The notes under the pieces were generated by a model, which saw only the letters and a program-made list of their open reading frames with translations, had not been told where the DNA came from and made no database searches. A stretch of DNA of 34,501 bases from Octopus bimaculoides. Taxonomy: Eukaryota. Of this stretch, positions 22,673-33,785 are shown piece by piece. The DNA is taken from the NCBI RefSeq assembly GCF_001194135.2, contig NC_068988.1:48686557-48721057 (forward strand), given 5' to 3'. The stretch's first letter is position 1, and each line of letters opens with the position of its first letter. The position numbers and the translations under genes are program-made.

Positions 22673-22852
22673 AAGCAAACACATAATTTTCTTATGGTTT
22701 CTTAAACACTCACTTGAACAAAACTGTACAAATCCAAATATATGGTACCCTAGGCATAACACCTACATGAACTTCTAACTTGTTGTCTCTTGAGGTCTCT
22801 GGGTGAGACGTGGATCCAACTTGTACAAATGCAAAACAAAAGTCAAACATAA

Positions 22853-22884
<32 letters not shown>

Positions 22885-22894
22885 TAATAATATT

Positions 22895-22978
<84 letters not shown>

Positions 22979-23010
22979 AATAACAATAATAATAATAATA
23001 ATAATAATAA
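22673..23010 (+). mobile_element. LINE 3' UTR (Dong-like, inferred) plus long interrupted (AAT)n tract
   Basis: Second copy of the same 3' end; tract 22853-23010. The upstream part is lost in the gap. Confidence 0.65.
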
Positions 23011-23019
23011 TGACGATGA

Positions 23020-24852
23020 TATATAATATGGATCCGCGAAAATCTCGACGATTCTATGTAGGGAAATGATCTGAAAGCGACAACATTCCCATGGAAAAGC
23101 TACTTGGCAAGAGCGTATTCAAAACCAAATTTAGCTACTTAGGTCTGACGTAGAATACTGAAAAAAACCTAAAGTTTGACAAGACTACGAAGCCAACAAA
23201 TATCCAAAAGTTAAAGAAAAAATATATGAAAACCATATTTGATATCGATACCACCATTGAAACCATCGAGCAAAAGGTATGTGCTAAAGCTGTCCGCGAA
23301 GCGCGGTATGAAAAGCGCGTTAGATTCTTCAAGAACAACAACATATTCAAAAATAACCCCAAAAGTTTTCACAGGAAGATAGGGAAAATACCAGGTACAT
23401 TAATGTCTGTCCCATCAAAAGAAGAAATGCAGGCATTTTGGAATAACATTTGGTCAGAAGAAAATACACACAATGAAGAGGTGCTTTGGATTGATAGAAT
23501 ATCTACAGACTTAAACTCCTTAGAGGAGCAAAAGTGGGAGGGTAGCAAGGAAGAGGATGTAAGATCTGCTCTCAGGAAGGCAAGCAAATGGAAGTCTGCA
23601 GGAAAGGATAAAATTCCTTACCTCTCGTCGAATGCCTTCCCAGAGAGGCTTGAACTAATAACAAAACCTTAGAACGAAATGTATAAAATAACTCCTCATC
23701 AGCGAAACTTCTTGTCTGCAAGTATGAGATCCTGGAGAACCACACTGACTTTGAACAGTGACGAGGAATCCCTAAATGCTGGAGATGTAAAACTTTCATG
23801 TGGCATTTTCCAGGGTGATTCACTATCATCACTCCTCTTTTGTCTAGCCTTAATACCTCTTTCAAAACTGCTCGATGATGCACAGTACGGTTACATGGAT
23901 GATTTAAAGCAAAAATGACCAACAACTCAAGGGCTTACTAGCGATTGTTAAACAATTCAGTGATGAAATCAGGATGCAATTTGGTCTCGACAAATGTTCA
24001 AAAGCTACATTTATCAAAGGAAAATTGACAGAAACTTCTAACGTTAACCTTGACCGAGCGGAATGTCATAAGAGTTAGAACCAGTGGAGAGCAACAAATA
24101 CCTAAGGGTAACTGAAGGGGACGGAATGAAACATGCAGTGATGAGGGAAAGGATCAGAAGAGAATGTTATCGCAGGTTGAGAGCAATACTCAAGACAGAG
24201 CTCAATGCAAGAAACAGGATCGAAGCAATCAATGCTTTAGCCATACCAGTCTTGAGTTACAGTTTCAATACCATTAACTGGTTAATTACTGAAATATGTA
24301 ATCTTGACAGAAAAATAAGAAGACTGCTGACAATGCATAGAATGCACCACCCTAAGGCAGATACAGAACGACTTTATCTGCCAAGAAAAGAGGGAGGCCG
24401 TGGACTTTTACAACTGGCATTAACAATGAAGATTGCCACAATTGGCCTAGGTACCTACCTGAAAATCCCTGAAGACTGGATGTTAAAACTTGTCTCAAAA
24501 CATTAAAACAAGAAAGCGTCATACTCAGTAACAAGGCAGGCAAAGGAATATCTAAGTAAATTCCGAATACAATAAATTCCAGAATTAGACGTACTAGAAA
24601 TAAGCGCAGAAAAAGCTAAGCGCATGAAAACCCGTGCTAATACCGCTGCCTTTGATATTCTCACTGATAAATGGCAAATACCCAAAGAGAGCGAATAATG
24701 CCGATGTTGAGAAAGCCCTTACCCATCAATGGCTAGTGGCTTCTGGCTTAAAATCAGAAACAGAAGGGTTTATCATAACAGCCCAAGATCAATGCCTACC
24801 TACAATGAACCACCAGGCCAACATATTAAAGAAAAGCAGTAGCCCAATATGT
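23020..24852 (+). mobile_element. decayed R4/Dong-clade non-LTR retrotransposon (reverse transcriptase pseudogene)
   Basis: Frameshifted segments: RYEKRVRFFKNNNIFKNNPKSFHR, WKSAGKDKIP, RT motifs GIFQGDSLSSLLFCLALIPLS (from 23802) and YMDDLK (from 23892), KYLRV, AINALAIPVLSYSF, LDRKIRRLLTMHRMHHPKADTERLYLPRKEGGRGL, QWL..SGLKSETEGFIITAQDQCL. Truncated at both ends with stops and frameshifts. Confidence 0.95.
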
Positions 24853-25186
24853 CATAGTATACTTGTTAGGTATGTGTGTATGTTTTTAATTATTTAAACA
24901 CTTCCTTCGATGAAGGAAGTGGTTTCTAACAACGATACAAACGTTTGAAAGTAGATAAAGAAAACAATGTCACACTTTAAATTTGCTTAAGTCCTGAGTA
25001 TCTTTACTATTCCACTTACAGGTTGTATTTGTAATGTGCGAATTAGTTGGTTGATTTCTCTTTCTGACAACCCAAGCATATCTACTGTCAGTTAGGCATT
25101 TATATATGTAAGACTTTCCTTTGTGTTTATTCAAATCCTTCTTAAAATAGTCGAAATCGGTATCGGGCATGTATGTCGGTATGAAC

Positions 25187-25382
25187 GCACTGGGGGGTGC
25201 TGCAAAGTTCCAGGCTTTAAGGGATTTGTAAAAGGCCCGGCTGGAGGCCCAACTTTCCGAGTTATTTTACAGGGCTTATAAAAACTTAAGGATCGCTGCA
25301 ATATATGTGTGAATAATTAACTTACTCTCTTTTAATTTTCTTTTGCCCAAAGCTAGGAGAATATTTCAGAACCCCTCGTGTA
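25187..25382 (+). mobile_element. mariner-derived miniature element (MITE-like deletion derivative)
   Basis: Imperfect terminal inverted repeats ggggtgctgcaaagttccaggcttt / aaagctaggagaatatttcagaacccctcg, followed by TA. Interior reads ILQGL*KLKDRCNICVN, like the mariner transposase C-terminus (GIEKL..RW.KC). Confidence 0.7.
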
Positions 25383-26400
25383 TGGACATGCATTCATAGT
25401 ACATGGCAATGAGATATACCTAGTCTTTGCATAGCCATCTCTCTAAGAAAAGGAAACTACACTTCATTGTGAAGCTGGATATGTTGCTCTTGCTTTTCTA
25501 TAGAATACATGGTTGTGTAGATGAGTGTCCTAACAGTGATGTGACTATAAAACAGTACGACATTGCTGACAACTAGTGTCTTTAACATCTAGGATAAGAC
25601 AATTTCCCAGTGATGGTCATACCCGTCTACAAGTTGACAGCTACCATGCATTGTACAAACCTTATTGTATCTCCATAAAGTGTTATTAATGAAACACTCG
25701 ACAACACGAGGTTATGGTAATAGACACATGTCCAAAATGCATCAATGACAAACCGAAACATTATCCACGTTGCTGCAAAGAGAGTTTCTTTACTGCACGT
25801 TAATTCGTTTTGTTTGATTTTAATATTATATCTTGCCTTCTTTCCTTCGTTTCACTTAGTTCCATAACACAACAAAACAATGAAAAGAACAAAGAAAAGA
25901 ATAGAAAGGAGGGAGAAATATTAGGAAATGAGTAAAGAAACATAAGCGAAAATGAAAATGGTTTGGTTTTTAGAAGATCAGGGTCAGTTAGGATTGGGTC
26001 ATAGCTTAGCTGTACAGCTTTGATGTTTACAAAGCAATTAAGATATTGTCGCTGAAGAACTGGCGGAATCTATGAAGAACCAACCGGAAATCGGGAACAT
26101 TATTAAGATATCAAGACATTTCCAGAGAATATCCTCGTAATATGTTCAGAACATTAGCTTTACGAATATCAGCGACAAAAGAAAAGAGCGAATGGAAGGA
26201 AAGATGGTGATTAGGTAAAAGTGAACTGAAGAGTTTGGTAAAGTTTTTCCAATTTATTTGCTTCCTGGGTTGTCGAGATTTTTGTAAAGATAGTGCTTTG
26301 TCAAGGAGTGACCATTTCACGAAAGACACTTCAATGCCAAATTATTTACAACTATTTGGCGAAAAGCAATTTTTATTCGTCTCTCATCAATTCTTTTGGT

Positions 26401-26516
26401 TTATTATTATTATCATCATTATCATCATCTTCATCATCATCAGCAGCAGCAGCAATAGCAGTAATGGTGGTGATGGTGGTGGTGGCTGTGGTGGTGGTGG
26501 TGGTAGTTGTAGTAGT
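26401..26516. repeat. compound trinucleotide array ATT>ATC>AGC>GGT>GTA
   Basis: Direct reading; explains the homopolymeric ORFs 26235-26609 and 26293-26580. Confidence 0.9.
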
Positions 26517-26639
26517 TGGGTTTGGGATTATTCTTCGTTTCCATTATTTTCTCTGCTGTCCTTGTGGCAAATATATGTAACGATTTTTCCTTTGTTCATT
26601 TGTTTTTGAGTGACAATCCAATATATAAAGATACTTTAT

Positions 26640-26838
26640 TTTTTTCCTTCTTTTTTCTTTTCCTTCTATCACTTGACATCTCTCGTTTTCTATGCAGCTT
26701 TCTTCCTCTGTATCTCTTCCTTCACACCCTCAGTCTCTCACTCTCTTCCTCTCTCATCCCTCCCTCTCACCTTCCCCCCTCCTTACGCCTCCTCACTGAC
26801 TCTCCTTCCCTCCTTCTTTCGCTATCTCTGTCTCTTTT
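26640..26838. repeat. polypyrimidine (CT-rich) low-complexity tract
   Basis: About 200 bp almost entirely C/T on the plus strand. Confidence 0.85.
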
Positions 26839-27624
26839 ACTAGCTCTCGACGATACAAACCAAACTACAATTGCATATTTCATAAGAAGCAATAAATGGC
26901 TGCTGGGAAATTTTCATGGGAACGAAAACCAAAACAATTTTCTACAAACATCAAAGTGTTGTTCAGATGGTTTTGCCATTTTGTAAAATAGCATCCATCA
27001 TTAGAGTAAGCATTTCTCGGTGATTTTGCACGCTTATCAACAGAGAAAGTTATTTTTGTTGTTGTCGTTGTGTTTTAGGAAAAGTCATCTATTTTGAATC
27101 AACACTTCGTATCAACATGTCTTGTTTTCTGTGCTTTCTTTGAAGTCATTTGATTTATGCATTACGTTAAGTCAAAATATAAAAGAAACCAAAAACAAAG
27201 AGAAAGCCAATTTTTATATAATTGATAAATAGGAGCAGCTCAAGTAGAACAGCAAATATCAGACAAAAGGAATTAAGTTGAGCCAATGAGAGACAGCTGG
27301 ATCGACTTTGAGCAGCTGAGGAAGATGGATATAGATTGAGTCTCTTACAGAGCTAAAGGTACGTTGAGCCAGTTACAGAGTTCAATCGCCTTCAAGAATC
27401 AATAAGATAAACGGTTCTACTTTGAATGAAAGAGACAACAAGATCTACTTAGAGTAGAGTCACTGACGAACTCACAGTTTCTCTGAGAATGTATATGTCC
27501 TTCTCAGAAGATATATATATATGGAAGGTCATAGCCTTTTATAGGTTATTTCACCTATCAATGATCATTCGGTTCAACTCGAATATTACTAAAGCGATGG
27601 TTCCAGGAAAAAAATTGAGTGCGT

Positions 27625-27810
27625 GAGTTGTGTGATTATGTGTGTGTGTGAGAGAGAGAAAGTGTGTGTGTGAGAGAGAGAGAGAGAGAAAGTGTGTGTG
27701 TGTGTGTGAGAGAGAGAGAGCGAGAGAGAGAGAGAAAAAGTGTGTGTGTGTGTGTGTGTGTGCGTGCGTGCGTGTGTGTGCATGCGTATGTGTGTGCGCG
27801 CGCGTGTATG
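27625..27810. repeat. alternating (GT)n/(GA)n blocks
   Basis: Direct reading. Confidence 0.9.
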
Positions 27811-28024
27811 TGGAGTAATTCTTGAAATTTGAATTCCTGGTTTGAAGGATTGTAAAATGTGATTAGAGCGTGGTATGAATGGTGATATCAAGAAGGGATT
27901 GAGAAGGGATTAGGGATACATGTGTCGAGTTGAAATGCATACAGATGGGATGTAAAAACTTAAAGTTAACAGTGGCTGCCGTCACATATATAACGTAGGA
28001 AAAGGTAAGTGAGACAGGGAGACA

Positions 28025-28182
28025 GAGAGACACACACAGAGAGACACACACAGAGAGACACACACAGAGAGACACACACAGAGAGACACACACAGAGAGA
28101 CACACACAGGGAGACACACACAGAGAGACACACAGAGAGAGACACACACAGAGAGACACACACAGAGAGACACACACAGAGA
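28025..28182. repeat. 14-mer minisatellite (GAGAGACACACACA), about 11 units
   Basis: Regular (GA)3(CA)4 higher-order unit with few variants. Confidence 0.9.
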
Positions 28183-29224
28183 ACACCTCCTCTTTCTAGA
28201 TGGAATTTTTAGGTGAGTGAATGTTTTCTAGTCAGTCGGTAGAGGATGTATGAGTGTAGCCATTCCCAATCAAATACAGACTATATTACACGATTGTGAC
28301 TACATTTTTATATGGGGTGATGCTTATTAGAAAAATGTTCATCGATAATGCTCTAACCTTTGAATGCTCTAAGCATTGAATTCTCTAAGCTATGAAAACA
28401 AAATACAAGACAACAAAAATGTAAATTGACAGTTAACGCTTTAATGTAAATATTAACATCATTTTGAAATAGTAAAAATCCAAGACAACAAAACAAACGC
28501 CCTCTCTAATGGAAGTCCAATTACGAATGTATCGCTTCTGGGTGATATTCGAAAATAGTCTATCCTTTTAGTACGATGTGACTGAATATATATCTTGCTA
28601 GATTAAACAGAAGAGTAAAACTAGAAAATGAAAATTCAATGGAATTTGCAATTACTCGTTTGTGGTATTTTAAACATGGACACAATATATGTTATAATAT
28701 AGACTTCAAATCCAATCGCCCCTTCTTTTGCCGATCGATGTCTGCATCACACTGGTACTAAACATCAAAGTAATAAACCTAAAGTACAATAGTAAACACA
28801 GAAATTATTCTCGGGTATTCCTATAATCATTATCGAAGCAGAGACCAAGGAGCTACTCGGCAAAATGACTAAATAAAAATGAATGAAGCCAATGAAAAAG
28901 CCTGCACAATCTGAAAGAGACTGCAACGCCGAATCTCCCTCAGCCCACACCTTAGAGACTAGAAATTTTTATCTAATTCTTCTCGGACATGTATGAATCG
29001 GAAGAAAACAACTATATTCGTAGCATATGAATAAGTGAGCCTGAAGATTATTTGGAGACACTAGGGGTGTTTTAAAACAGATAAGATGTTTTAAAACAGA
29101 TAGGATGTTTAATGCCTTATTACTTAACACACTCACCGGTTCGATTTCCACTCATTTATTTATCTTTTCTAAAATTTTCGTTGCGACTTGCAATAGTCCG
29201 TTATCAGAGCCACGTTCGTTTTGT

Positions 29225-29511
29225 TAGTTTGTTTGTGCGCATGTGTGTGTGTATGCATGTATGTTTGTGTATGCATATATATGTGCGCGTGTTTGCACGT
29301 TTGTATGTATCTATGTATTCTGCATATTCATGTTTCTGTGCGTTTTTAAGCGTGTGTGTTTGCATGTGTGTGTATTTGTGTGTGTACCTCTGTCTAACTG
29401 CGTGTGTGCATGTATCTATGTGTGTGTGTGCTTGCTTGTCCATATTACCTATGTACCTATCTGTCTATTTATCTATCTGTTTACTTAAATATCCACCTAT
29501 GTACTACACAC

Positions 29512-29544
<33 letters not shown>

Positions 29545-29703
29545 ATACAGTGTACATTTAAACACACACATAAGAGTTATCCATTATAGGTTTCCCTCAC
29601 GCTAGAAAGAACACCTAAGTTCCAAAACCATTATTTGGGATAAAATTTCGAAAGCCCTATATTTTACACGCTAGGCCACTTCATTTCGCTTTGTTATGAT
29701 TAA

Positions 29704-29745
<42 letters not shown>
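29225..29745. repeat. degenerate (GT)n/(TATC)n/(TA)n region including pure (TA)n near 29707-29742
   Basis: Direct reading; explains the overlapping low-complexity ORFs at 29112-29589. Confidence 0.8.
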
Positions 29746-29747
<2 letters not shown>

Positions 29748-30252
29748 GACTAGATAACACAGCCAACTAACAACTCTACCTGTGTATATTTAAACTGTAG
29801 GCGATGATGTATAACTGCTTTCTACATGTATTTCTTATTTAGTACTGGGGATGTTTCATTTATGAGGACGTACTAGTGTGTGTATGTATAAATATGTGAG
29901 AGAGTGTGAGTTTATGTGTACACGTGTGTATGAGTGTAATTCTAGTTATGTAATCTCAGCTGCTTGAGTGTTACGTTTTTAAGGCAATTTTGTCTCATTA
30001 GAAGAGACAAACCTATTGAATATCTCTATAAGATGATGTTAGAACCACTGGCTGATGATATCTCATATAATAAGGAGTATACTTTCATCGTCTTCCTGTT
30101 CGAGAGGTATAGTAGCAATGAATGTAAAAACTATTCAATGTCTTTCATTTTCCTCTTTGCTAAAGGTGAAGAAATCCTACTGTACAAAAAATGGTTGAAT
30201 TTTCTGAGTGAATAAATGAGTTAGTTATATCTAAAATCTACCGTTCTTTCAG

Positions 30253-30342
30253 AAGAGGAAGAAGAAGGGCCATAATGCGTACAGTCCTCTTGATTCAAGA
30301 ATAACCAATGAAAAAGAAAAGCTCTTCATTGACTTAACGTAG
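30253..30342 (+). CDS. candidate terminal coding exon (unverified)
   Basis: ctaccgttctttcag|AAG AGG AAG AAG AAG... translates to KRKKKGHNAYSPLDSRITNEKEKLFIDLT*. Confidence 0.22.
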   Translation, partial: KRKKKGHNAYSPLDSRITNEKEKLFIDLT

Positions 30343-31034
30343 GCAACAGAAACGATGAAACGTAAAACATGCAGCAGAAAAGCAGAATATTTCGTTGCGC
30401 AGAATTTTCTCTCTTGTGATAGAGTTTCCACTCACTGGATTATGCACAGTTTGATGTTACAGTTCTAGACAAACTAATATTATTTCCGTTGTAATTGTTA
30501 TGGATGCTCGGGGAGTTATACTCCACTTCCAACGAAGCAACATACATCAAAAGCTCGATCTGATGCCTACGTTGTTTAATGTGAGAGACTTCTATACGAA
30601 AATTAATATCACGCACAACTTAATAGCAGAAATGCAGATCGCTAAGAATTGTGACTTTGTGTCCCCATAGCGTGGAAGAAAGGAAATGCTTCGTGGATAG
30701 TGTTGGCAGTGTAACCGGAAACGTCTGTTTGAATATTAATATTTGGATGTTCTTTATAAGCCAAGCAAAGGGATGACTATAGGTAAAAATTCTAAGTGTG
30801 TTATCGTCGAAGTAATTTATCTAATGTACGAAAGTGGTTCAACCAGTAATCACATTAAGTTCAGTAATTAACTAAATCGTAGAATTAGTAAAGTCAACTC
30901 GGAATTCAAAAGTTAAGGAAGCATCTGTTTATAAACGTAAACAACTTTTAAAACATTGTTTGTATTTAGGATGAGATGGCCAAGCAAAATCATGACTATA
31001 AGTTACAAAAATAAATACAAGAATATCAGCAGTG

Positions 31035-31152
31035 AAAGTATGCTTGCCGAGTACATCTGAGTTGAATTCCTATAAAATTCATTGATACTTTTCCTCCATC
31101 TAGAATCGATAAAGAAATTACCAAGCAATTTCTGTTGTTGATGGTATCGAAA
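31035..31152 (+). mobile_element. highly degenerate SINE (family A) remnant
   Basis: ctgagttgaattcc...ttttcctccatctagaatcgataaagaaattaccaag...ttgatggtatcga is weakly colinear with the family A body. Confidence 0.4.
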
Positions 31153-31869
31153 AACCCTCCTTTTGAATGTGTGAGCGTGTTACTTTTCACCAGACGGGAG
31201 TTTATGCCTCACGAGTTATGGTAGGCAGTGCATTGACGTTAGGTACTTTACTGTGTATAGGATTTCACTATACCTCACCACTATACCAAGTGGTGAGGTA
31301 ACCAATTCTATGATACCGGCTTAATTTTCAAATTATGTGTCAACAATAGGTGTTTGGTGTAATTTTAGCCTCAGGATTATTGGCTAAGTTGAGAGTAACT
31401 GGTAGAGGAAATAATGGTTAAATAAGGGTAAATATATGATGCAAATGTATGTGAACCAGCTAGGCCTACTGTGCTACTTCCGGGTTATCACCCATGGTTT
31501 GTTTGAAGTTTGTTAACAAATCGTTTCTTTTGGGACAACATTAGGATAGCTTGGATTTCCTCTTCATGGAAACTATAGGGTATAAAATTTATGCAGCTTC
31601 TCAAGGAAGCAGAAAAAGTTATTACCAATTCTAAGTAACAGGACAGAGGTCCTGTCATGGGTTCTCTATCTGACGATATTGAAGGCGTATCCGTGGATCC
31701 GGAGTTTCGAAAACAATCGGAATAGTTATATAGAATTATATACTCATGTACAAGACATTTTAAAACTCACCTACAAATCCTTTCAAACTGAAATTCCATA
31801 ACTCTTAGAATGCAAGCACATTCCTCTTCGAACGTTTATGTACATTCGCTGAGTTATATTTTAGTTATA

Positions 31870-31917
31870 TACATACTTATATATATACACACACACACAT
31901 CCACACACACGCTCGTA

Positions 31918-31957
<40 letters not shown>

Positions 31958-32538
31958 NNNNNNNNNNNNNNNNNNNNNNNNNNNNNNNNNNNNNNNNNNN
32001 NNNNNNNNNNNNNNNNNNNNNNNNNNNNNNNNNNNNNNNNNNNNNNNNNNNNNNNNNNNNNNNNNNNNNNNNNNNNNNNNNNNNNNNNNNNNNNNNNNNN
32101 NNNNNNNNNNNNNNNNNNNNNNNNNNNNNNNNNNNNNNNNNNNNNNNNNNNNNNNNNNNNNNNNNNNNNNNNNNNNNNNNNNNNNNNNNNNNNNNNNNNN
32201 NNNNNNNNNNNNNNNNNNNNNNNNNNNNNNNNNNNNNNNNNNNNNNNNNNNNNNNNNNNNNNNNNNNNNNNNNNNNNNNNNNNNNNNNNNNNNNNNNNNN
32301 NNNNNNNNNNNNNNNNNNNNNNNNNNNNNNNNNNNNNNNNNNNNNNNNNNNNNNNNNNNNNNNNNNNNNNNNNNNNNNNNNNNNNNNNNNNNNNNNNNNN
32401 NNNNNNNNNNNNNNNNNNNNNNNNNNNNNNNNNNNNNNNNNNNNNNNNNNNNNNNNNNNNNNNNNNNNNNNNNNNNNNNNNNNNNNNNNNNNNNNNNNNN
32501 NNNNNNNNNNNNNNNNNNNNNNNNNNNNNNNNNNNNNN

Positions 32539-32572
<34 letters not shown>

Positions 32573-32642
32573 TTACATGTGTGTCTGCGAGCGTGTGTGT
32601 GCGTTTATATGTATGTGTGTGTTTGTGTGTGTGTATGTGTGT
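31870..32642. repeat. (TA)n/(CA)n/(GT)n microsatellites flanking a 581-N gap
   Basis: Direct reading. Confidence 0.9.
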
Positions 32643-33366
32643 GATAATGTTAGATTTTATTTAAGAAGTCTCTCTATTCTTGGAACGTAAACAATGTCTG
32701 CTTAATGAATAGTTCAATGGATTCCTTTTCTTAAAGCTAGTTCATTAGACTTACAAATTTATCACCTGCGACATTTCATTGTAAGGTATATCTATATTTG
32801 CAAATTGTGACGTAGGCAAAGTAGAAAATAACACTAACATACACACATANNNNNNNNNNATACTGAACTCATATGATATATATTTTTGTATATAGTTTTA
32901 TATAAAGTTATATTATTATATTTACTGTTAAAGTTATAGTTTACAATTTGCAAAATTGTCTGAGTTCTCGAAAGAACGTAGTGAGAGCTAATGGAAGAGG
33001 TATTATATAAATTATTATACATGTATATAGGTGTCAAAATGTATGTGTCAAGAAATAGCTAACGTAAAGAAAGGAGGAAATCTATGAATGCATTAAACAT
33101 AGTTGCAGACAGAAATAAAACCATTGTTCATTGAAAATGGAGGAAAACAGAAGTGGTAAAACCATAATTTACACATTTGGCATAAATTACATTTTTAAAA
33201 TACCGAATACAGCTTATCAATCATACAAAGAGAAGATAACTTATACCAGAAATTTCGGTTGAACATCAAGAGACATTTGCAAATTGAAAATGAGAGGTTG
33301 CGGTATATATTTAGGATATATTCGTAATTTATACATTAGTAACTGTAGAATAGCAGAAATTTTGAA

Positions 33367-33369
<3 letters not shown>

Positions 33370-33413
<44 letters not shown>

Positions 33414-33492
33414 TCCATCTCTCGCTTTCTCCCTCTCTCCCTCTCCCTCCCTTTCTCTCTGTGTATCTCTTTCTATGTATCTATCTATCTCT
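33370..33492. repeat. (CT)n/polypyrimidine tract, probable tail of the adjacent LINE
   Basis: Starts immediately after the LINE stop codon on the minus strand, as (GA/TAGA)n. Confidence 0.85.
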
Positions 33493-33785
33493 TTAGGCGC
33501 CATGTCCAGCACGTTGGGCAGAGACGATCATCTCCTGCCACAATTCTCTGATCTTTGTTGTCTATAACACTTCCATTACTTGATGTTTAATGCATCTTTC
33601 TTCCAACCGATTCGTTTAATCTTTCCGGTTATTGCTAAATTACACAGGCCTTCTTGCTTGGCCCATGTATCACCGAGCAGTTTACCATTTACCGCAGCAC
33701 GGGTCATCATTTCCTCATAACACACTATTGTCAGTATTCCCCTTAAGAACCACATTTCACAGCTCTCCAAGTCTTGATGTTCAGA
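33493..33785 (-). mobile_element. RTE-type LINE 3' end (5'-truncated)
   Basis: Minus frames read ESCEMWFLRGIL...EGLCNLAITGKI...DQRIVAG / RELWQEMIVSAQRAGHGA*. This matches the RTE ORF C-terminus pattern (EAFEMW..RR.L...EGLE.L..TGKIEG...DR..WR.M......HGT*). Confidence 0.8.

Noticed and set aside
22176-22778. Long ORFs of 148-284 aa here and at 31810-32664
   Set aside because: Artefacts of N gaps plus (TAA)n or (TA)n runs.
28025-28182. Regularly spaced repeats as a CRISPR-like array
   Set aside because: No unique spacers; a simple eukaryotic minisatellite.
26235-29589. Many ORFs with poly-I/S/G/V, THTH or VCLS repeats
   Set aside because: Translations of microsatellites and minisatellites.
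29951-29973. taatctcagctg resembles the 5' half of miR-216
   Set aside because: The match stops at 12 nt and there is no precursor-length hairpin.
31294-31315. tgaggta resembles the let-7 5' end
   Set aside because: It diverges immediately and belongs to a short local hairpin.
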